Below the pieces are notes generated by a model. It ran no database searches, was not told where the DNA came from, and worked only from the letters and a program-made list of their open reading frames with translations. From an uncultured Oscillospiraceae bacterium (lineage in GTDB: Bacteria; Bacillota; Clostridia; Christensenellales; Aristaeellaceae): 51,674 nt of DNA. Position 1 is the stretch's first letter. Each line of letters opens with the position of its first letter. The position numbers were made by a program, and so were the translations under genes. Location: NCBI GenBank assembly GCA_964511785.1, contig CAZEIB010000001.1:1-51674 (forward strand), in the 5' to 3' direction. This document shows positions 45,441 through 51,674 of the stretch, piece after piece.

Positions 45441-45983
45441 TTATTTTCTCTCTTCTTTTAGCTCTGAAGGGGTAGGGAATTTTTGGTTTTCCCCCATGGA
45501 AAAAACCATGGACAGTAGACCTTGATGATAGGGAATAAAGGTTCCCTCTGCCAAAAGAGCAAAAGCCTCTTCTTTTGTAGCCCACTTCACCTTTTGTACT
45601 TCCTTCTTTTGCAAAATAGCTTCTTCTGCCTTAAAATCTTCTTTTACAATATAATAATCGGTAAAACCTTTTGCAAAATGAGCTGTAAAAAAAGGGCGTA
45701 TATAGGTAAAGTCTTTTTGAAAACCAATTTCTTCAAAGCTTTCCCTTTCAATGGCTTGCTGGCTGGTCTCTCCCGCTAGGGCTCCTCCTCCTGCAGCAAA
45801 GTCCCACTTGTTGGGCCAAATACGGGCGTCTTTTTGCCTTTGTTGTAAAAATACTTCTCCACTGCTATTTAACAAAACCAGTTTTACAAACAAATAATAT
45901 TCTCCTTTTTTATAAGGTTCTTTCCTTGGTTTAACCTTACCGGTTTTTACTTTATGTATATCGTAAACATCTCTTTCTTCCAT
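45441..45983 (-). CDS. NUDIX hydrolase
   Basis: Nudix box GGGALAGETSQQAIERESFEEIG. Confidence 0.85.
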   Translation of the reverse strand: MEERDVYDIHKVKTGKVKPRKEPYKKGEYYLFVKLVLLNSSGEVFLQQRQKDARIWPNKWDFAAGGGALAGETSQQAIERESFEEIGFQKDFTYIRPFFTAHFAKGFTDYYIVKEDFKAEEAILQKKEVQKVKWATKEEAFALLAEGTFIPYHQGLLSMVFSMGENQKFPTPSELKEERK

Positions 45984-46152
45984 TTTCCTCCTCCTCTATA
46001 ACCATTAGCCTATTTTATCTTATTCTTTTGCAAATATCCACGATTGAAGAAAAAATTAATGAGATTTTTATCTTTTGTTTTATTCCTTTCATGTTATAAT
46101 CAACAAAACACTTTCATTTTTACTTATTCTTTCCTAAATAAGGAGGGGTTTA

Positions 46153-46704
46153 ATGGAAACCTTAACCACCAAGCGAATCATTTTAAGAGACTTTGCCCCT
46201 ACTGATGCTGAAGATTTTTTTGCCTATGCAAAAAGCCCTAAGGTAGGCCCTATGGCAGGGTGGATACCTCATGAAAACATGGAAGAGAGTAAAAAATGGA
46301 TCCGGTCTTTTAATGAAGCACAGGAGGTATGGGCCATTGAACACCGAAAAACCGGAAAAGTCATTGGCTCCATTGGCCTTCATCGGGAAACTTTTCGCAA
46401 TTATCCAATGGCCATGACTTTGGGTTATGTACTCTCAGAAGATTTTTGGGGACAAGGGCTTATGGTAGAAGGCTGCCAAAGAATACTTGCTTATGGATTT
46501 AACACTCTTCAACTAAACCTGATTGAAGTTCATCATTTTGCCTTTAACCTTCAATCTAAAAGAGTTATTGAAAAACTGGGCTTTACCTATGAGGGAACCC
46601 TTCGCCAAGGAAATTTGCTACCTGACGGAAGTTATACAGACTTATGTTGCTACTCCATGACCAAAGAAGAATATTTTACCTTATCCCCATTGATTAACCT
46701 TTAA
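46153..46704 (+). CDS. GNAT N-acetyltransferase (RimJ/RimL-like)
   Basis: N-terminus TKRIILRDFAPTD, WGQGLMVEG and KRVIEKLGFTYEG, typical of the RimJ-like subfamily. Confidence 0.8.
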   Translation: METLTTKRIILRDFAPTDAEDFFAYAKSPKVGPMAGWIPHENMEESKKWIRSFNEAQEVWAIEHRKTGKVIGSIGLHRETFRNYPMAMTLGYVLSEDFWGQGLMVEGCQRILAYGFNTLQLNLIEVHHFAFNLQSKRVIEKLGFTYEGTLRQGNLLPDGSYTDLCCYSMTKEEYFTLSPLINL

Positions 46705-46713
46705 GGAGTTTTT

Positions 46714-47277
46714 ATGGATTATACCGCTTTTTTAACCCTATTACATCAAGTGGAAAACTTAAAAAACACTACCCGCCACAGTTGGACCAGTAAAGATCGC
46801 CATGAAAGTGTAGCAGAACATAGTTTTCGTTTGTGTATGATGGCTTATTTTTTACAAGATGAGTTTCCGGAAATTCAAATGGATAAGGTGATGAAAATGT
46901 GTCTCTTTCATGATATAGGAGAGGCTTTTACCGGAGATATTCCTTCTTTTGAAAAAAAAGATCAAGATGAAAAAAAAGAGGAGGAGGCCATTCATCTATG
47001 GCTTACCTCTTTGCCTGCACTATATCAAGAAGATTTGATTCCTCTTTTTGAGGAAATGCTGAAAATGAATACCCCTGAAGCCAAATTTTATAAAGCCTTA
47101 GATAAGTTGGAAGTAGTTTTACAACATCAGGAAGGGCCTTTACACCGCTGGCTTCCCATAGAATACGATTTAAATTTTACCTATGGAATAGAAGAAGTCG
47201 AGGCTTTTGACTATTTAAAAAACTTGCGGAAAATTCTTAATAAAGAAATGAAAGAAAAAGTTGAAAAAGGGGAATAA
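46714..47277 (+). CDS. HD-domain phosphohydrolase (YfbR-like 5'-nucleotidase type)
   Basis: ESVAEHSFRL ... LFHDIGEAFTGD (H...HD...D pattern). Confidence 0.75.
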   Translation: MDYTAFLTLLHQVENLKNTTRHSWTSKDRHESVAEHSFRLCMMAYFLQDEFPEIQMDKVMKMCLFHDIGEAFTGDIPSFEKKDQDEKKEEEAIHLWLTSLPALYQEDLIPLFEEMLKMNTPEAKFYKALDKLEVVLQHQEGPLHRWLPIEYDLNFTYGIEEVEAFDYLKNLRKILNKEMKEKVEKGE

Positions 47278-47370
47278 TTCCCTATTTTCCTCCTCCCTTC
47301 TCTTTCTTTTTTTCATAAAATTAGGTATAATTACGGTAATTCGTATTTTTTTAACATAGGAGGAATTGTT

Positions 47371-48552
47371 ATGGATTATAATAAGCTTAGTTTAGAACTA
47401 TCTGAAAAGCATCAAGGAAAGTTGGAAGTGGTTTCTAAGATTTCTGTAACCACCAAAGAAGAACTCTCTACTGCCTATACCCCAGGTGTCGCCGAACCTT
47501 GTAGAAAAATTCATGCCAATAAGCATGATGCCTATAAATACACCATTAAAGGCAGAACTGTAGCGGTTATTTCCGATGGCACCGCCGTACTTGGTTTAGG
47601 AGATATAGGCCCCGAAGCTGCTATGCCCGTAATGGAAGGTAAATGCCTTTTGTTTAAAGAGTTTGGTAATGTAGATGCCTTCCCCATTTGTTTAGATACC
47701 AAAGATACGGAAGAAATTATTAAAACCGTTAAATACTTGGCCCCTACCTTTGGCGGTATTAACTTAGAAGATATTTCTGCCCCAAGGTGTTTTGAAATTG
47801 AGCGCAGATTAAAAGAAGAATTAGATATTCCTGTTTTCCACGATGACCAGCACGGTACCGCCATTGTGGTATTGGCAGGGTTAATCAATGCCTTAAAGCT
47901 TATTAAAAAAGATTGGAAAGATGTACGCATTGTAATTAATGGTGCCGGTTCTGCCGGTATTTCCATTGCGAAATTACTGCTTCAAATGAACCCTAAAGAC
48001 ATTGTAATGTTAGACATTGAAGGAGCCTTATACGAAGGTAAAGAAGATTTAAATTCTGCCAAAGCCGAAATTGCCACTTTAACCAATAAAAATAAAGAAA
48101 GCGGTAATTTGGCCGACGTGATTAAAGGAAAAGATATTTTTATCGGGGTTTCCGCTCCTAACTTGTTAACTGCCCAAATGGTTTCTACCATGGCAGAAGA
48201 TTCTATTGTTTTTGCTTTGGCCAACCCTATTCCTGAAATTATGCCAGAAGAAGCCAAAAAAGGCGGAGCAAGAATTATTGCTACTGGCAGAAGCGATTTC
48301 CCTAATCAAATTAATAACGTATTAGTGTTCCCCGGTATTTTTAAAGGAGCGTTAATGGTAGAAGCCACCAACATTACCGAAGAAATGAAATTAGGTGCTG
48401 CTAAGGCCATTGCCTCTTTATTAGATGAAAAAGATTTGAATGAAGAAAATATTATCCCCGGTGTATTTGATAAACGGGTAGCCGATGTGGTAGCAAATCA
48501 AGTGGCTCAAGTGGCTCAAGATTTAGGTATTGCCAGAAAACCTATGAAATAA
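47371..48552 (+). CDS. NAD(P)-dependent malic enzyme (short, MaeB N-domain type)
   Basis: TPGVAEPC, GTAVLGLGDIGP, FGGINLEDI, HDDQHGTAIV, INGAGSAGI motifs. Confidence 0.9.
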   Translation: MDYNKLSLELSEKHQGKLEVVSKISVTTKEELSTAYTPGVAEPCRKIHANKHDAYKYTIKGRTVAVISDGTAVLGLGDIGPEAAMPVMEGKCLLFKEFGNVDAFPICLDTKDTEEIIKTVKYLAPTFGGINLEDISAPRCFEIERRLKEELDIPVFHDDQHGTAIVVLAGLINALKLIKKDWKDVRIVINGAGSAGISIAKLLLQMNPKDIVMLDIEGALYEGKEDLNSAKAEIATLTNKNKESGNLADVIKGKDIFIGVSAPNLLTAQMVSTMAEDSIVFALANPIPEIMPEEAKKGGARIIATGRSDFPNQINNVLVFPGIFKGALMVEATNITEEMKLGAAKAIASLLDEKDLNEENIIPGVFDKRVADVVANQVAQVAQDLGIARKPMK

Positions 48553-48566
48553 ACAGCTTTCAATTA

Positions 48567-48603
48567 AAAGAGTGAGGGGAAAAATTCCCCTCACTCTTTT
48601 TTT
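48567..48603 (+). terminator. intrinsic terminator after the malic enzyme gene
   Basis: 11-bp stem GAGTGAGGGGA/TCCCCTCACTC plus T7. Confidence 0.85.
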
Positions 48604-48846
48604 CATACTCTTCTTTTACAGGAACATTCCTAATCTCAATAATTTCTCTACCTATCCCTATTTTAAATTGTTTCTCAAACCTCTTTTTTCCTATTCACTC
48701 CTCCCGGTTTTTTTGTATTTTAATAAACCTCTCTTCTTATGATAGTATCATCTATCTTTCCATTTTCCCAGGTTAACCCCCTGTCTCTTTACCTTTTGAG
48801 GGCAACATGCTAAAATGGGAAGAATTCTGTTATAAAGGAGCTTTGT

Positions 48847-50226
48847 ATGGCAAAACATTCATCTATGAAGCCTGTGGTACGTTGGGATAAAGCCTTTACC
48901 AAAACCTTGTTTACCATTGCCTTACCTATGATTATACAAAACTTGGTGGCTTCTACTTTAAATATTGTTGATAATGTGATGATTGGCACTTTAGGCTCCT
49001 CGGCCCATGCCGGGGTCAGCCAAGCCTTAAATTTCACTTTTTTATTTAATATTTTTCTTTTTGGCATTGGTTCCGGTGCCAGCATTTACTTTGCCCAATA
49101 TTGGGGCAAAAGAGATGCCAAGCAAATTCATCGAGTTATGTCCCTGGCTTTTAAATTAACCATTCCTTTAGCCCTTTTATTTGTAGGGGGCTTTTATTTG
49201 TTTTCCGACCAAATTATCAGCCTTTTTATTAACCCCGTTACAGCCAGCGAAAGTTTTTACCAGTGTAAACTTTATTTGCGCTGGGCAGTGTTAGGCTTTT
49301 TTATTCAGGCTATTGATGCCATTTATGCCTCTGTTTTAAAGGCCACTAATAAACCTTACGTTCCCATGTTTTCCGGTATTGTAGCCATTTTATCCAATGT
49401 TGTTTTAAACTATGTTTTAATTTTCGGTCGCTTCGGCTTCCCTTCCTTAGGAGTACAAGGGGCTGCCATTGCCACCATTGTAGCTTCTTTCATGTCACTG
49501 ATGATTAACACCCTTGTTTCTTACCGAAAAAACTTGCCTTCCGCTTTTTCTCCCTTTAAAAAGTATCCCCCCATTAAAGGCTATAACAAGCAATTTTACA
49601 AAACTGTTTCTCCCGTAGTATTTAATGAAGGCCTGTGGGCCCTTGGAATGACCGTATACAGCATGTTTTACGGTACCATGGGGGAAGCTGCCATGTCTGC
49701 TATGGGTATTTATAAAAGCATGGAGCAAATTACCTTTGTTACCATATATGGTTTAATGGGGGCTTGCAGTGTTATTGTAGGACAAGCCTTGGGCACAGGC
49801 GATAAAGATAAGGCTTACCTTTATGCCCAGCGAATGCTCTTTGCCAGTGTTATATTAGGGGTGGTTATGGGCCTTGTTTTAATTCCCTTACGTCATCCCA
49901 TTGTATCCTTTTTCAATGTAGGAGCCGAAGCTAAAGAAAAAGCCCTAAAGGTCATCCTCCTTTCTGCTACCTTTGTATGGCTTAGGTCTTTTAACTCCAT
50001 TAACGTAGTGGGCATTCTTCGCTCCGGTGGAGATACCTTCTTCAGTTTGCTATTGGATACAGGCACCGTTTGGCTTATTGGGGTCCCTTGCGTATTTGTT
50101 GCCTCTGTGCTTTTTAAATGGCCCATTGAATACGTGTTTTGGGCAACAGCCATTGAAGGCTTGGTAAAAGCTGCCATTGGATTTCCCCGTATGCTTAGCA
50201 AAAAATGGATTAACGACTTAACCTAA
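48847..50226 (+). CDS. MATE family efflux transporter
   Basis: 459 aa, 12 TM helices, MATE-like N-terminus (PMIIQNLVASTLNIVDNVMIG). Confidence 0.85.
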   Translation: MAKHSSMKPVVRWDKAFTKTLFTIALPMIIQNLVASTLNIVDNVMIGTLGSSAHAGVSQALNFTFLFNIFLFGIGSGASIYFAQYWGKRDAKQIHRVMSLAFKLTIPLALLFVGGFYLFSDQIISLFINPVTASESFYQCKLYLRWAVLGFFIQAIDAIYASVLKATNKPYVPMFSGIVAILSNVVLNYVLIFGRFGFPSLGVQGAAIATIVASFMSLMINTLVSYRKNLPSAFSPFKKYPPIKGYNKQFYKTVSPVVFNEGLWALGMTVYSMFYGTMGEAAMSAMGIYKSMEQITFVTIYGLMGACSVIVGQALGTGDKDKAYLYAQRMLFASVILGVVMGLVLIPLRHPIVSFFNVGAEAKEKALKVILLSATFVWLRSFNSINVVGILRSGGDTFFSLLLDTGTVWLIGVPCVFVASVLFKWPIEYVFWATAIEGLVKAAIGFPRMLSKKWINDLT

Positions 50227-50238
50227 AGGAGTAATTAT

Positions 50239-51063
50239 ATGGACTATACTTTTGATTTGGTAGGAAAAATCGGTTCTATGGCCCTTATTCGTAAGGAAGA
50301 CAATGATATTGATTATAATATTTTCTCCCGTATAGGCAACGAACTGCGTCCTGGTATGCTTTGGGTTACCTCAGGGGCCACAGAAATTGGCCGATTAGAC
50401 TATATTAAGCGTACAGGGGTTGAGCTTTCGGGAGACATGGATCAGGACAAGGCAGATTATGCCGCCCAAGGACAGGCCATTTTAATGCAAACCTATAGGC
50501 AATTTATTCGTCCGGAATACGGTATTCGCCAAGTTCTGTTAGAGCACCAACATTTTAATGATGATGAAAAAAGGGAGCATATTCAAAAGCTCCTTATCCG
50601 GGCTGCCAAACAAAAAACCATTCCCATTATTAATTATAACGACCCAGTAAGTGATGAAGAAAACCGAAAAATGGAATTATCTATCCGAAGAAAAGCTGGA
50701 GAAATTGTTCATGAATGTGTAGACAATGACGAAACTGCCGCTGTAGTTGCAGACTTAGTAAAAGCCAAAAACCTACTTCTTTTAACTTCTACCGAGGGGA
50801 TTTACCAAGACCCTACCGACCCTAGCACTTTGGTTAGGGAAGTAGTATATAACAATAAAGAAGATTTAATAAAAGCCATACATACTTTACAGGAAAGCTG
50901 TATAGGGGCTAGTCGAAAAGGGGCCAATGGGGCCAGGGCAAAATTAGGGTTTGCTTTAAGCAGCGCCTTAAAAGGTACCACTGTTATTATTGGCCATGCT
51001 AAGTACTCCCTTAATGACTTACTACAAAATAACGTACCTTGTACCCGTATAGGCTTAGTATAA
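50239..51063 (+). CDS. amino-acid-kinase-fold protein (glutamate 5-kinase-like, no PUA domain)
   Basis: KIGSMAL, VTSGATEIG, AAQGQAILMQ, INYNDPV, DNDETAAVVA and GANGARAKL align by eye with ProB motifs (KxGSxxL, SGA, AAxGQ, NEND, DND, GTGGMxxK). Confidence 0.6.
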   Translation: MDYTFDLVGKIGSMALIRKEDNDIDYNIFSRIGNELRPGMLWVTSGATEIGRLDYIKRTGVELSGDMDQDKADYAAQGQAILMQTYRQFIRPEYGIRQVLLEHQHFNDDEKREHIQKLLIRAAKQKTIPIINYNDPVSDEENRKMELSIRRKAGEIVHECVDNDETAAVVADLVKAKNLLLLTSTEGIYQDPTDPSTLVREVVYNNKEDLIKAIHTLQESCIGASRKGANGARAKLGFALSSALKGTTVIIGHAKYSLNDLLQNNVPCTRIGLV

Positions 51064-51067
51064 GCAT

Positions 51068-51098
51068 AAAAAACCGCTGAAAATTTCAGCGGTTTTTT
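51068..51098. terminator. bidirectional terminator
   Basis: AAAAAACCGCTGAAAATTTCAGCGGTTTTTT. Confidence 0.8.
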
Positions 51099-51603
51099 AT
51101 GCCAATTCTTCTATTACTTGCTCTAAAGCCCGTAACCCTAAATGATAGCCTCTGGAATTATCCAACACTTCATCTGCCAGTAGGCGATAAATAGGCATCC
51201 GTTCTTTGTATAAATCCACTACCCCTTGCATGCCTTTTTCTGCCAACATAGGCCTTCTGTCCAATTTAATATCTGACAAAATTTGCTCAATAGGTCTATC
51301 TACAAGCACAATAATGCCGGCATTTTTCATAATATCACAATTTTCTTTTCGTAATACCGCCCCTCCTCCGGTAGAGATAATGGCCGGTTGTTCATCTACT
51401 AAATGGATTAGTAGATTTGTTTCAGCATTACGAAAAGCCTGCTCTCCATATTTTTCAAATATTTCGTATATGGTCGCCTCTGCCTTTTGTGAAAGTATTG
51501 TATCCATATCAATATAGGGAATTCCCAACCGCTTGGCTGCTCTTTTTCCAAGACTGCTTTTGCCGCTGCCTGGCATACCAATAAGAAAGATGTGTCTTTC
51601 CAT
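51097..51603 (-). CDS. aroK: shikimate kinase
   Basis: Walker A GMPGSGKSSLG, then STGGGAV. Start placed at the MERHIF ATG after AGGAGGGG. Confidence 0.9.
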   Translation of the reverse strand: MERHIFLIGMPGSGKSSLGKRAAKRLGIPYIDMDTILSQKAEATIYEIFEKYGEQAFRNAETNLLIHLVDEQPAIISTGGGAVLRKENCDIMKNAGIIVLVDRPIEQILSDIKLDRRPMLAEKGMQGVVDLYKERMPIYRLLADEVLDNSRGYHLGLRALEQVIEELA

Positions 51604-51674
51604 GATATATCCCCTCCTTATACTGAACACTAATCATCTTAGTTAAATATTCTACACATCTATGTCTTTTCCCT

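Noticed and set aside
48739-48751. ATGATA-G-TATCAT palindrome upstream of the second MATE gene.
   Set aside because: A 6-1-6 AT-rich dyad is common by chance in ~30% GC intergenic DNA. No regulator gene is adjacent.
1-51674. A search by eye for CRISPR arrays, IS elements, transposases, integrases, prophage genes, tRNA/rRNA genes, toxin-antitoxin pairs and known defence-system genes.
   Set aside because: No regularly spaced repeats, terminal inverted repeats with a transposase ORF, tRNA-like GTTCGAATC arms or nuclease/ATPase defence-type ORFs were seen. The window reads as core or accessory chromosome.

Overview
This 51.7-kb window looks like a low-GC Firmicutes (Clostridia-like) chromosomal segment, with about 47 tightly packed genes on both strands. 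All function calls come from motifs I recognise in the supplied translations, because no database search was possible. Recognisable genes include ftsK/spoIIIE, murG, mgtE, ogt and aroK. Others are a DEAD-box helicase, citrate synthase, malic enzyme, a P-type cation ATPase, an Fe(III)-type ABC importer, two MATE and one MFS exporter, an MscS channel and several GNAT, NUDIX, HD and HAD enzymes. I found no tRNA or rRNA genes, CRISPR arrays, transposases, integrases or recognisable defence genes. The most unusual content is non-coding or regulatory. (1) The flavodiiron-protein gene sits in an island between two large ORF-free regions. The upstream one carries a dense DnaA-box cluster with an AT-rich tract but no dnaA. 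The downstream one carries a promoter-driven, GC-rich, roughly 240-nt structured leader of a class I cannot identify, ahead of a small double zinc-ribbon gene. (2) A clear T-box leader controls an AMP-forming acyl-CoA synthetase rather than an aminoacyl-tRNA synthetase. (3) A SAM-methyltransferase gene has a good RBS and ATG but is interrupted by one in-frame TAA. (4) A 36-bp perfect palindrome overlaps the -35 element of an MFS/ArsR-type operon. The remaining observations are lower value: domain fusions, overlapping or coupled gene pairs and an internal duplication. The structured leader, together with the Cys-rich redox gene cluster around it, is my best candidate for something undescribed, but it needs covariation or experimental support.
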